From: a virus
IMG/VR virus record: IMGVR_UViG_3300022745_000030
Span: 5,334 to 69,333 of that record
DNA: 64,000 nucleotides
Strand: one strand, 5' to 3'
Under the pieces are notes generated by a model. It did not search any database. It was not told the origin of the DNA and worked only from the letters and a program-made list of their open reading frames with translations. A program made the position numbers and the translations under genes. Below are positions 1 through 9,180 of this stretch, one piece after another; the stretch's first letter is position 1, and every line of letters begins with the position of its first letter.

Positions 1-1
1 T

Positions 2-1381
2 TGCCGAAACTCGTACTTCGAGTTCGTCAAGCGGTTCTGGCATACGGTTTCGCGGGAGCCTCTGGTTGCCAATTGGCACTTTCCGTACCTGTGTGCCGAG
101 ATCCAGGCATCGACCATCCGGGCAATGAATGGGGAACCCTGTCCCTACGATACCGTGGTGAATATCAGCCCCGGTACCAGTAAGAGCACCTTGTTCTCGA
201 TCTTTTTGCTCCCGTGGGCCTGGACGATCAATCCCAGCATCAAAATGATCGGGGCTAGCTTCACCGAGGCTCTGGCATTCGACTTGAGCGCAAAGTCACG
301 GCAGGTCATAACCAGCCCTCTCTACCAGAAGTGCTTCCCGCACATCAAAATTCGGCCCGATGTGAACAACAAAGGCCACTGGGAAAACACGCTACTGGGT
401 GCCCGGTTCGCTGTCGGGGTGGGTGGGGACGTGATCGGTCGGCACGGTCACTTGATCGTGATCGACGACCCTTTGAATCCCCAGGGTGCCCGATCGAAGG
501 CAGATATCGAGCGTGCTCATATCTGGTGTAAAGAAACGATTCCAACGCGGAAGATCAACAAACAGGCAGCCTGGACAGCCCTGGTGATGCAGCGGCTATC
601 AGTCGAGGACCCTACTGCCCTGTACCTCGCCCGCCCAAACGTCAAGCACATTTGCTTGCCCGGCGAACTGACCGATAACGTATTTCCGGTAGAACTACGG
701 GAAAAGTACGTGGACGGTCTATTCGACCCGGTGCGGCTTACCAGGGCATCCCTGGACAAGATGAAGTCGGACATGGGCACCTACGGCTATGCCGGGCAGA
801 TTCTCCAGACACCTATTCCGCCCGGCGGCGGGATGTTCAATACCGAGGCATTCCGGTACAGCACCGCCCAGCCGGAAGCTAGCGAATTTAAGCGGATTGT
901 CCGGTACTGGGATAAGGCAGGGAGCGAAAAACAGGGCGATTACACCGTAGGTGTTAAAATGGGTCTCCATAAGGATGGCTCATACTGGGTGCTGGACGTG
1001 GTCCGGGGTCAATGGGCGTCCTCGGAACGGGAAGGCAAGATCAAATCGACTGCTCAGGCAGACGGGATCGAAGTACGGATCGGACTAGAAGAGGAACCGG
1101 GTAGTGCCGGTAAGGACTCCAGTTTGATGACCATTCGTAATTTGCCTGGGTATTACGTCAGCGCGGAGAAGGCAACCGGGGACAAAGTCACCAGGGCAGA
1201 TACGTTTAGCGTTCAAGTGAACGCAGGGAACGTGGTTCTGCTCCGGCGACCCTGGAACGATCGATACGTCGAAGAGTTCATGCATTTCCCAGACGGCAAG
1301 AACGACGACCAAGTAGACGCTAGCTCGGGCGCGTTTTCGCGGCTATTCAACTATAAACCAAGATTGGGCGTATTCAAGTGA
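2..1381 (+). CDS. terL: Terminase large subunit (5' end outside the window)
   Basis: The frame is open from base 2 (CRNSYFEFVKRFWH...) into the 125..1381 ORF. Walker A-like SPGTSKS, Walker B LIVIDDP, MQRL coupling motif, RNase H-like nuclease motifs YWDKA...GDYT and NDDQVDA. Confidence 0.95.
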   Translation, partial: CRNSYFEFVKRFWHTVSREPLVANWHFPYLCAEIQASTIRAMNGEPCPYDTVVNISPGTSKSTLFSIFLLPWAWTINPSIKMIGASFTEALAFDLSAKSRQVITSPLYQKCFPHIKIRPDVNNKGHWENTLLGARFAVGVGGDVIGRHGHLIVIDDPLNPQGARSKADIERAHIWCKETIPTRKINKQAAWTALVMQRLSVEDPTALYLARPNVKHICLPGELTDNVFPVELREKYVDGLFDPVRLTRASLDKMKSDMGTYGYAGQILQTPIPPGGGMFNTEAFRYSTAQPEASEFKRIVRYWDKAGSEKQGDYTVGVKMGLHKDGSYWVLDVVRGQWASSEREGKIKSTAQADGIEVRIGLEEEPGSAGKDSSLMTIRNLPGYYVSAEKATGDKVTRADTFSVQVNAGNVVLLRRPWNDRYVEEFMHFPDGKNDDQVDASSGAFSRLFNYKPRLGVFK

Positions 1382-2955
1382 TACCAGACCAAAAAATGAA
1401 TCAGATGCTTGTGAATGCGTTCATTTCACGAAGCGCCCTGAATGCCCAGCTTCTGGACGGCAAGTATGGTACCCGCGATATCGATTCGGAATGCGGATAC
1501 CCAGAGGCTCTGGGACCGTCCGAATACGTTCAGATGTACGAGCGAAACGACATCGCTGCGCGAGTCGTGGACATCGAACCAGCGGAATGCTGGAAACAGT
1601 ATCCCGAGATTTACGAAACCGAGGAAGAACGAGAAACCCCGTTTGAGAAAGCGGTGGACAAGGTCATTCGCAAGACGAATCTCTATTCGTACTTGGCGAG
1701 AGTTGACCGTATCTCGGGTATCGGGCGATACGGCATCTTGTTCCTGGGTTTCGACGACGGGCAAGAATTCGATAAACCAGTACCCGGATTCACCGTTGAT
1801 GGGGAAGCGGATTCGGTAGGGAATGCGAATATCCTGTACTACCGGATATTCGAGGAATCCCAGGTAATCATCAACGAATATGAGAACGACACAGCGAATC
1901 CCCGCTTCGGGCTGCCGAAATACTACAGCTTGACATTCGCGGAATACGTCGGTGATTTGCAGGATGGCTCCACGGTTCCGTCTGCCAAGGTACTCAAGGT
2001 ACACTGGTCGCGGTGTATCCATATTGCAGACAATCTGGTGACGAGCGAATTGTTCGGAACGCCCCGGATGAAGAACGTCTTCAACCGCCTCTTTGATCTT
2101 CGAAAGATCAATGGCGGCTCAGCCGAGATGTTCTGGAAGGGTGGCTTCCCAGGATACTCGTTCGAAGTTGATCCGAAAGCTGGTGAGTTCTCGACAGAGG
2201 AACGCGAAGCACTCAAAGCCGAAACCAAGGCGTACTCGGAAGGGCTCCAACGATATTTGACCACAGTTGGGGTCAGTGTCAAGAGCCTCAGCCCTCAGAT
2301 TTCTAATCCTACGCCTTTTGTGGACAACATCCTGCGGACGATTGCGATCACCAAGGGCATTCCGCAACAGGTTTTCGTTGGATCGGTACAGGGCAAAACA
2401 GATGCTGTCCAGGACTTGACTACCTGGGCAGAAAAGGTGGCACTTCGTCGCAATATGTACTGTAGCCCGCACATCATTCGACCTACCATCGATCGATTGA
2501 TTCAGGCCGGAGCACTGCCAAAACCAACGGAAGACGAAGGCGAATACACCATCAAATGGATTCCGCTGGCAACCCTGACCGAAACTGAGAAGGCTCAGGT
2601 CGGTAAGGATCTCACGGAAGCCCTTGCGCGATACAGCACTGCTGGGGGCGAGGCGCTCGTTCCGTTGCCCGAGTTCTTGTCCAAGTTCCTCAAGTTCAGC
2701 TTCCAGGAAGTGGAAGCGATCATGAAGGCGCCCCACACCGAATTGTCGGTTGTGATCCAGGAACTCAACGCCGGACTCGCGGGCGGAAACACCGGGGCAG
2801 CCAATGGCAACATGCCCACCTCGATCCCCAACATGGCGAAAGCCAAAGACCCAGGAAAGACGCCGCAGAACGTAGTTCAGCGGAAGAAAGGCTCGACCGT
2901 AACCCGGAAGGGCAAAGACCAAGGACTCAGTAACCCACCAACCGCACAAGGCTAA
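1378..2955 (+). CDS. Portal protein (DUF1073-like)
   Basis: 525 aa directly after TerL; YERNDIAARVVD and HWSRCIH motifs typical of DUF1073-type portals. Confidence 0.88.
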   Translation: MIPDQKMNQMLVNAFISRSALNAQLLDGKYGTRDIDSECGYPEALGPSEYVQMYERNDIAARVVDIEPAECWKQYPEIYETEEERETPFEKAVDKVIRKTNLYSYLARVDRISGIGRYGILFLGFDDGQEFDKPVPGFTVDGEADSVGNANILYYRIFEESQVIINEYENDTANPRFGLPKYYSLTFAEYVGDLQDGSTVPSAKVLKVHWSRCIHIADNLVTSELFGTPRMKNVFNRLFDLRKINGGSAEMFWKGGFPGYSFEVDPKAGEFSTEEREALKAETKAYSEGLQRYLTTVGVSVKSLSPQISNPTPFVDNILRTIAITKGIPQQVFVGSVQGKTDAVQDLTTWAEKVALRRNMYCSPHIIRPTIDRLIQAGALPKPTEDEGEYTIKWIPLATLTETEKAQVGKDLTEALARYSTAGGEALVPLPEFLSKFLKFSFQEVEAIMKAPHTELSVVIQELNAGLAGGNTGAANGNMPTSIPNMAKAKDPGKTPQNVVQRKKGSTVTRKGKDQGLSNPPTAQG

Positions 2956-2957
2956 CC

Positions 2958-3290
2958 ATGTTTTTCGATCCGATCTCCGCACACAAGATGGCTTTGGCTC
3001 TCCAAGCTAACGATTTCACAGTCGCCAAGGACTTCGGGGTGCTCGTTACCTCGGTAGAGGATCTGGCAAATTCTGCGATTGTTCCGCCCAAGGTGTATAA
3101 TCACCAGGAATTAGCAGAACTTATTCTGAACAACCTCCAACTCATGGCGACAGCGTCGGTAGCACAGGCGTACGGGCAATTCATTCCCGAGATCATGGGT
3201 GGAATCCTACAGTATCTGGAGCGATGGGCAAATGGAGAATTTGATAGCCAATCTGAGCAACAAGGTTCAGAAGAGACAGTTGCAGGGTAG
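2958..3290 (+). CDS. Hypothetical protein
   Basis: 110-aa ORF tightly packed between portal and protease. Confidence 0.65.
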   Translation: MFFDPISAHKMALALQANDFTVAKDFGVLVTSVEDLANSAIVPPKVYNHQELAELILNNLQLMATASVAQAYGQFIPEIMGGILQYLERWANGEFDSQSEQQGSEETVAG

Positions 3291-4614
3291 ACAATACCTT
3301 GTAGCGCCTGTCGCTATGATGGTTGAGGGCGTTCTGCCCGGCAGCCGGGGGCCTTTGCTCTATTCAGAGGCCCAGATCATGAACTCCGTGGAAGCCTGGA
3401 ACCACAAGCCAATCACCGTTCGTCACCCAGTGTTGCCGAACGGTGAGTACGGCACAGGTTGCGCGCCAGAGGCGCTCGATAACGTCGGCGTCGGGATGAT
3501 CTTGAATACCAAGTACAACAAACGCACCAAGAAACTGGTGGCTGAGGCTTGGTTCGAGGTAGCCCGGCTGGACATCGTACCACAGGGCGACATTATCCGC
3601 AATGCCTTGGAATCCGGCATCAAAATGGAAGTCAGCACCGGTCTAACGGCTGACGTTGCCATCACCAATGGTACGTTCAATGGCAAGGAATATGTTGGCG
3701 AAGCCACCAACTTCCGACCGGACCACTTGGCGATTCTGATCGATGTCGCTGGTGCCTGCTCGATCGCTGACGGCGCGGGGCTCCTGGTAAACCAGAAGCG
3801 AACTCGGGAAGCCGATCGACTCCTGGTCAACGCCAAGAAAGACCAGTCTCTCATGGAACTCATTAGTGAGGTCCGGGAAGCGGTCATGGAGACCTACTGC
3901 CCTATGCCCTCGGGACCTATGGGCTCCATGAACGATGTCTGGGTGGAAGATGTGTTCAAGGATAGCGTCATCTTCTACAAGAACGGGGAGTTCTTCAAGC
4001 AAAATTTTGCACAAAAAGATGGTTCTGTTACACTATTAGGAGATTTGATACAAGTGGAGCGAAAAACCACTTACGAACCTCTAGTAGTAAATACGGCAGC
4101 CAAAATGGATCGAGACACACTCATTGCAAAGTTGGGCGACAGTCACAAGGAATTTGTTGCCAACCTGAGCGACGAACAGGTTTCCGCCTTGCTCGCTCTT
4201 TCGGTGCCCGTTGCAAACAGCACCGAGACCGAAACCAACCCAGAGCCAGCCCCGGAACCATCGCCTGCTCCCGCAGAAGTGGTTACGGAAGTAGTCGCAA
4301 ACAGCGTCGAGGACGTTGTTGCCGCTGCACCAAAGCACATTCAGGCTCAATTGCGTGACGCCCTGGTAGCGAACGATCGCCTCCGCAGCGGCTACATCAC
4401 TGCAATCATCGAAAACAAGAGCAACAAGTTCTCGAAAGACGACTTGGCCTCTTTCTCCACCAGCCAATTGGAGCGAATCGCGGAATTGGCAACGGCACCC
4501 GTCGTTGTGGCAAACGCGAGCACCCAGCCCCAGCCACGGTTCGTAGGTTCGGCAGGTTCACTGCCTCCAGCCGAAGTCGAGGCACCTTTGACCCTCCCAT
4601 CCACTGCCAAGTAA
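3232..4614 (+). CDS. Prohead protease/scaffold (DUF2213-like)
   Basis: Likely start MENLIANLS at 3232; PITVRHP, EVSTG and DHLAIL..GACS motifs; Pro/Glu-rich scaffold-like C-terminal half. Confidence 0.85.
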   Translation: MENLIANLSNKVQKRQLQGRQYLVAPVAMMVEGVLPGSRGPLLYSEAQIMNSVEAWNHKPITVRHPVLPNGEYGTGCAPEALDNVGVGMILNTKYNKRTKKLVAEAWFEVARLDIVPQGDIIRNALESGIKMEVSTGLTADVAITNGTFNGKEYVGEATNFRPDHLAILIDVAGACSIADGAGLLVNQKRTREADRLLVNAKKDQSLMELISEVREAVMETYCPMPSGPMGSMNDVWVEDVFKDSVIFYKNGEFFKQNFAQKDGSVTLLGDLIQVERKTTYEPLVVNTAAKMDRDTLIAKLGDSHKEFVANLSDEQVSALLALSVPVANSTETETNPEPAPEPSPAPAEVVTEVVANSVEDVVAAAPKHIQAQLRDALVANDRLRSGYITAIIENKSNKFSKDDLASFSTSQLERIAELATAPVVVANASTQPQPRFVGSAGSLPPAEVEAPLTLPSTAK

Positions 4615-4630
4615 TTAGGAACACGTAGCA

Positions 4631-5083
4631 ATGACTACAGCAGCAGCACGAACGATCCACTTGAACGGCCCCCGAGGTCAACGCGAAGAAAAGGTCGCGG
4701 CTTCGGGTACCTCGATCAAACCAGGGATGCTTGTCCGCAAGACAAGCGCCGATGAATTCAACGTCCACAACGTATCCGGTGGTGTCGGCCCAACGCTTCT
4801 CGTCCACGAAGACGAGTTCCAGGGCGATGCGACCTCGGGTTCCACTGGCGTAGGCAACACCTACTCCGTTGGTGCCCCAGTGTTCGCCGAATACTGCCTC
4901 CCAGGAGCACTCAAGTACGTGCTTCTCAAAGCAAGCGAAAACGTCGCGATCGGTGACTACCTGATCTCGGACGGAACAGGCTTGTTCATCAAGACCACCG
5001 GAACGCCTGCCAAGACGTTCTTCCAAGCTGAGGAAGCAAGTAACGTGGCTTCCAACCAGCTTATCAAAGCCCGCGTTGTTTAA
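4631..5083 (+). CDS. Head decoration/cement protein
   Basis: 150 aa between protease and capsid; IKPGMLV and GDYLISDGTG beta-rich pattern. Confidence 0.75.
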   Translation: MTTAAARTIHLNGPRGQREEKVAASGTSIKPGMLVRKTSADEFNVHNVSGGVGPTLLVHEDEFQGDATSGSTGVGNTYSVGAPVFAEYCLPGALKYVLLKASENVAIGDYLISDGTGLFIKTTGTPAKTFFQAEEASNVASNQLIKARVV

Positions 5084-5113
5084 TCCCCGGTTCGCAAAGA
5101 GAGAAATTCTACA

Positions 5114-6202
5114 ATGGAAACTGATTTCATTTTGAATGGCGCGGCCCACGGTTCTGTATCACAGAAGTGGCTCGCAGCAGGCGCAGATGCGGGGATGTTT
5201 CGTCCCTGGATCGGCAAGGACGGCAAGACTTACGTTTCGCTTTTCGCCGGTAACGACGACAACGGCGAACCGAAGTACAACACCGTTCATTTGGCTAACG
5301 CCGGGGCAACCCTGCGAAAGAACGAGTGGCAAAAGGTTGACGAGCAAGTTGTAAAGGCTGCCCGTACCCGAATGCGTCTCGTCAACGACTTCCGCCAAGC
5401 GGGCCTCGTTGTCAATCTTCCAAACGCTTGGGGAACCTCGGTTTTCCAATATGAACGTCAGTCCGATATCTCGGCTGCACGGATCTCGATGGACGGATTG
5501 ACCCCAGGGGATAACGATCGTCCAGTCTACGACATCGTCAACTTGCCACTGCCTGTTATCAGCAAGCAAGTCACGATGAACAGCCGGGCAATCGCGATCT
5601 CCCGCAACGGCAACACGCCTCTCGACACAGCGAACCTCGAATTGGCTGCAATCAAGGTTGCAGAACAAGCTGAGGCACTTGTAGCCGGTACCTACGGTAC
5701 CTACAGTTTCGGTGGCGGCACCGTTTACGGTCTCACCAACTTCCCAAGCCGAATCACGGGCGCCTTCCTGAACCACACGGTCTCCGGTTGGACCCCAACG
5801 ATGATGTACAACTCGGTCATCGAAATGATCGATGCGTCCACTCGATCGTTGCACTACGGTCCTTGGAAGCTGTACTACAGCACCGGCTTGCTCCGTCCGA
5901 TGATGCAGCAATTCAGCCTGTACGATTCCCGATCGTTGCAAAACGTAATCGGACAACTCCCAGGCATCCAAAGCGTCGGAATGCTCGACTATCTCACCGG
6001 TAACCAACTCTTGCTCGTCCAGCAAGACGCAAGCACCGCACGGATCGTCATGGGTATGGACATCACCACCGTTCAATGGGGAAGCGGTAACGGCCTCGAA
6101 GAAAACTTCTTGGTCATGGCGATGATTGTGCCACAGATGAAGACCGATATCAACAGCACCTGTGGTATCGTTCACTACACCGGAAACGCAACGACTACCT
6201 AA
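5114..6202 (+). CDS. Major capsid protein (HK97 fold, encapsulin/Linocin-like family)
   Basis: 362 aa; LRKNEWQKVDEQV, LPLPVISK and YGLTNFP motifs; followed by a strong terminator; C-terminus GNATTT. Confidence 0.9.
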   Translation: METDFILNGAAHGSVSQKWLAAGADAGMFRPWIGKDGKTYVSLFAGNDDNGEPKYNTVHLANAGATLRKNEWQKVDEQVVKAARTRMRLVNDFRQAGLVVNLPNAWGTSVFQYERQSDISAARISMDGLTPGDNDRPVYDIVNLPLPVISKQVTMNSRAIAISRNGNTPLDTANLELAAIKVAEQAEALVAGTYGTYSFGGGTVYGLTNFPSRITGAFLNHTVSGWTPTMMYNSVIEMIDASTRSLHYGPWKLYYSTGLLRPMMQQFSLYDSRSLQNVIGQLPGIQSVGMLDYLTGNQLLLVQQDASTARIVMGMDITTVQWGSGNGLEENFLVMAMIVPQMKTDINSTCGIVHYTGNATTT

Positions 6203-6236
6203 TAACTGGTAGTCGGCACAAACCCCCTCCCCGCAG

Positions 6237-6277
6237 CACCCCCAGTGTAGTAGCAATACTGCACCGGGGGTGTTTTT
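6237..6277 (+). terminator. Intrinsic terminator after capsid gene
   Basis: CACCCCCAGTGTAGTA-GCAA-TACTGCACCGGGGGTG hairpin followed by TTTTT. Confidence 0.85.
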
Positions 6278-6301
6278 CTGTCTCTAACCTTTCGAAGTAT
6301 T

Positions 6302-6508
6302 ATGCCAGCAGAACAAGAACCAGTCGTATTCCGCAAGTACCGTATTGTGGAAGGTATGCACATGCACGGTCAAGAACTCCTGAAAAAGGGCGATGAACTC
6401 GTCAGCGGAGATGATCTCGTCAAACTCTACGGGCCGAAGTTCGAGTTTATCGAGGAAGTCCCGGCACCGGGGCAACCAGCACCAGAAGCCAAAAAGGCCA
6501 AGGCGTAA
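6302..6508 (+). CDS. Small hypothetical protein (possible head-associated)
   Basis: 68-aa ORF in operon context after the capsid gene. Confidence 0.65.
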   Translation: MPAEQEPVVFRKYRIVEGMHMHGQELLKKGDELVSGDDLVKLYGPKFEFIEEVPAPGQPAPEAKKAKA

Positions 6509-6510
6509 CA

Positions 6511-6783
6511 ATGCCAAGACTTGGATTATTGCGAAAGCGACTCGCCGCGCGAGTCGCCAAGGACGCATGGTTAGCGTCTAACGGGGACAAGGATGCCTAC
6601 GAAGCCGCCGTCAAGGCGGACAGTCGCTTGGTTGGCATCGACCCGGCAACAATCATTCTCATTATCCGTTTGATTTGGGCAGCCTATGAGTGGTTCAAGA
6701 ACCGCAAGGCGTCCGCAGACCAGCACCTTGCTACCTCTGAGGATGATATCCTCCTGGGAGCCGTGCCATACTACAAGGGCTAA
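6511..6783 (+). CDS. Small membrane protein
   Basis: Hydrophobic segment IDPATIILIIRLIWAAYEWF. Confidence 0.7.
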   Translation: MPRLGLLRKRLAARVAKDAWLASNGDKDAYEAAVKADSRLVGIDPATIILIIRLIWAAYEWFKNRKASADQHLATSEDDILLGAVPYYKG

Positions 6784-6785
6784 TC

Positions 6786-7070
6786 ATGCCAGACCTAACA
6801 ACCATTTTGAGTATCTTGGGCGCCGGTGGCGCCGGTATCTGGGGCCTGTGGGCGTTCGTCAAGAACAAGGCCCCTGTGGCTGCCGATCTCGTCGAAGAGA
6901 TCGTATCCAAGCTCAATGACGCCAAACCAGTACCGAACGCGGCTCCGGGCCGTTTAGAGGCTCTGGAGAAGGCGGAGTCTTTGCTCCAATTCTTCGAGAG
7001 CAAGGGCAACACGGCTGGGGCAGATGCTATCCAGGTCGTAGTCAAGGAAATTCTTGCATCGAAGGCGTAA
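6786..7070 (+). CDS. Small protein with N-terminal membrane anchor
   Basis: LTTILSILGAGGAGIWGLWAFV followed by a helical soluble part. Confidence 0.7.
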   Translation: MPDLTTILSILGAGGAGIWGLWAFVKNKAPVAADLVEEIVSKLNDAKPVPNAAPGRLEALEKAESLLQFFESKGNTAGADAIQVVVKEILASKA

Positions 7071-7074
7071 TCCG

Positions 7075-7479
7075 ATGCAAAAGAAAATCCCGATTTGGCC
7101 TGCTATCGTTTTGGCTTTGGTGTCCCTGGGCTCCCTGGGACTCAAGCACGCGCCGTCCGAGTGGACTTCCTGGGCATCCATTGTCCCGGTATCGATCGAG
7201 GGTACTGAGGTCCTGTTCGTCCATGAGACGCAGTACCCCACAGTGTCCGAGGTTCTAGCCCTCCGTGAACTTCCGAAGTTCTGTGAGGACAACAAATGCC
7301 GAGGGTTCACGGACGTAGACGACGATAGCGAATGGGCGCAGCCTATCCTATCGGCTGTCAAAGAGAAGTACAAGATCGAGTCGCCTTTCCTGGCAGCCGC
7401 TAAGGTATCCGATGGCAGTGTCACCGGGGTAGTCAAGGCGGTTCCGTTCAAGGAAAGCCTACAGGACCTAAAGAAATGA
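7075..7479 (+). CDS. Exported protein, possibly thioredoxin-like fold
   Basis: Signal-like N-terminus MQKKIPIWPAIVLALVSLG. Confidence 0.65.
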   Translation: MQKKIPIWPAIVLALVSLGSLGLKHAPSEWTSWASIVPVSIEGTEVLFVHETQYPTVSEVLALRELPKFCEDNKCRGFTDVDDDSEWAQPILSAVKEKYKIESPFLAAAKVSDGSVTGVVKAVPFKESLQDLKK

Positions 7480-8375
7480 CCCAGGAACTAGAGACGTTCA
7501 AGCTAGAGGGCGGAGAAACAGTCCGTTGCGGGCTTTTGCTCCCTACCGAGGAACAGAAGCAACTGTGCCTCGCGTATCCTGAGTACGGCGAGAACTTCTA
7601 CCTAGAAAAGAACGATATCCGCAAAGCACTCCAGAATGACGTGTACAAGACGTTTCGCCGACTGCGATCGCCTTGGATCACGAATCAGGCTGATATGGGT
7701 GCTTGTGGTGCGTTTGCAGAAGTAAATGCCCAGCACAACCGCCGAGGCATCCAGGGTCTTCCGCACGTTGTCCTGAGCGCTCATTACCTGTACATGAATA
7801 TCAACGGGGGCCGGGATAACGGTAGCGCCTTGGTGGACTCTTTGGAGTTCAGCAAGAAAGGCATCGCACCTCGCGAGTTAGATGTCGGGGGCAAGAAAGT
7901 CCTGTTCCCGGCAGCCTACAACAAAAATTCGGTATCGGCAAGCATTTACAAGGCAGCCGCTGAACAGTCCGTACTGTACCGCAGCTACGAGGCATACCGG
8001 CTACCGTCTCAGGACTACAGTACGTTCAGTATCGCTTTAGCCTCGGCCCTAGCAAGAGATCATCAAGTGGTCTTTGCGTGGCACGTAGGTCGGTATTCTA
8101 ATCGCCTGAAAAACGGGTACGTCGTTACCGGCAACGGGCCAGGAAACCACGCCAATGTTTTCCATAGTGGAAAATGGGTAGATGGAGAGGATTTGGTTCA
8201 CCCAGATGGCGAAAATAGCTGGGGACCAACAAAGAACCCACTTTACGGCCCACTGGGTGCCGGGTGGGGCGAGGATGGATTCGGGCTATTCACCATGCAG
8301 CAGGCTTACCAGTGCGCTCGGAATCATACCTTTTGGGTTTACACGGGGAATGTAATCACTAAGGAGTCACTATGA
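7476..8375 (+). CDS. Papain-like (C1-family) cysteine peptidase
   Basis: NQADMGACGAF (Q...C), GNHAN (His) and ENSWG...WGEDGFG motifs. Confidence 0.85.
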   Translation: MTQELETFKLEGGETVRCGLLLPTEEQKQLCLAYPEYGENFYLEKNDIRKALQNDVYKTFRRLRSPWITNQADMGACGAFAEVNAQHNRRGIQGLPHVVLSAHYLYMNINGGRDNGSALVDSLEFSKKGIAPRELDVGGKKVLFPAAYNKNSVSASIYKAAAEQSVLYRSYEAYRLPSQDYSTFSIALASALARDHQVVFAWHVGRYSNRLKNGYVVTGNGPGNHANVFHSGKWVDGEDLVHPDGENSWGPTKNPLYGPLGAGWGEDGFGLFTMQQAYQCARNHTFWVYTGNVITKESL

Positions 8376-8848
8376 GTGACGCATGGAAATTCGTAGTCGC
8401 TGGGTTTGTCGCTTTCTGCCTGATGAATTCGGTTCAAAAGATCACCGAACAGCAAAAGAAGTTGCGGGAGCAGGTCTCCCAGGCAATCGAACTGCTCGAA
8501 AAGGTACCTTTGCCCGATAACCTCGTTCCGGGAGCCCCGCAAGAGGTAGCCCAGGAACCGGTAGCCGAGAAGCCGGTTCCCAAGGAACCCGAGAAGCCTG
8601 CGGCCCCTGAAAAGCAGAAAATGGTAGTCGTCCAGCATACCATGAATGGTTGCGGGTGGTGCGACTACGACAAGCGGCGAATTCTGCCTACTTGGGCAGC
8701 GATCGGTTATACTATTAAGACGGTAGACGAGAAATCGGGAATCCCCGGAAAAAGCTACCCATACTACGAAATATATGGACCAAACGGGGAAGTTCAGAGC
8801 CACGTCGGGTCCCTATCCGCATTTGGTACCCCACCTAGAAAGCCGTAA
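8372..8848 (+). CDS. Membrane-anchored thioredoxin/glutaredoxin-like protein
   Basis: N-terminal hydrophobic helix, Pro/Glu/Lys linker, CGWC motif, later YP. Confidence 0.7.
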   Translation: MSDAWKFVVAGFVAFCLMNSVQKITEQQKKLREQVSQAIELLEKVPLPDNLVPGAPQEVAQEPVAEKPVPKEPEKPAAPEKQKMVVVQHTMNGCGWCDYDKRRILPTWAAIGYTIKTVDEKSGIPGKSYPYYEIYGPNGEVQSHVGSLSAFGTPPRKP

Positions 8849-8850
8849 CT

Positions 8851-9180
8851 ATGTTATTTGCTCAGGTTCCCACCGAATCAGTAGACCAGATAACAAAAAT
8901 CGCCTCGGGAACCGGGTACACGGCAACCGGGGTTCTTTTGATTGTGCTTGCCGCAATCGGCTACGCGATTTGGAAGGTAGCCCTGTGGGCAGGAGTCCGG
9001 GTCGATAAGTTGCTGGAACGGGCATTCAGTCACCTGGATGACGTGAAATCGGTGATGGGCAGCCTGGAAGCCAGTATCTCCAAGATCCCCACGCGCCTCG
9101 ATTCGATCGAGGGCAAGGTGGACGGTCTTACAACCCGAGTCGATAAGCTGGACGATCACCTGTTCAAGGATTCCAAATAG
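8851..9180 (+). CDS. Single-TM coiled-coil protein, possible holin
   Basis: TM GVLLIVLAAIGYAIWKVALWAG followed by heptad repeats. Confidence 0.55.
   Translation: MLFAQVPTESVDQITKIASGTGYTATGVLLIVLAAIGYAIWKVALWAGVRVDKLLERAFSHLDDVKSVMGSLEASISKIPTRLDSIEGKVDGLTTRVDKLDDHLFKDSK

Noticed and set aside
1378-2955. Anti-CBASS Acb1 call sometimes attached to DUF1073 proteins
   Set aside because: Size and position between TerL and the protease indicate a portal.
5114-6202. Cellular encapsulin
   Set aside because: It lies within a complete head-tail operon, so it is the major capsid protein.
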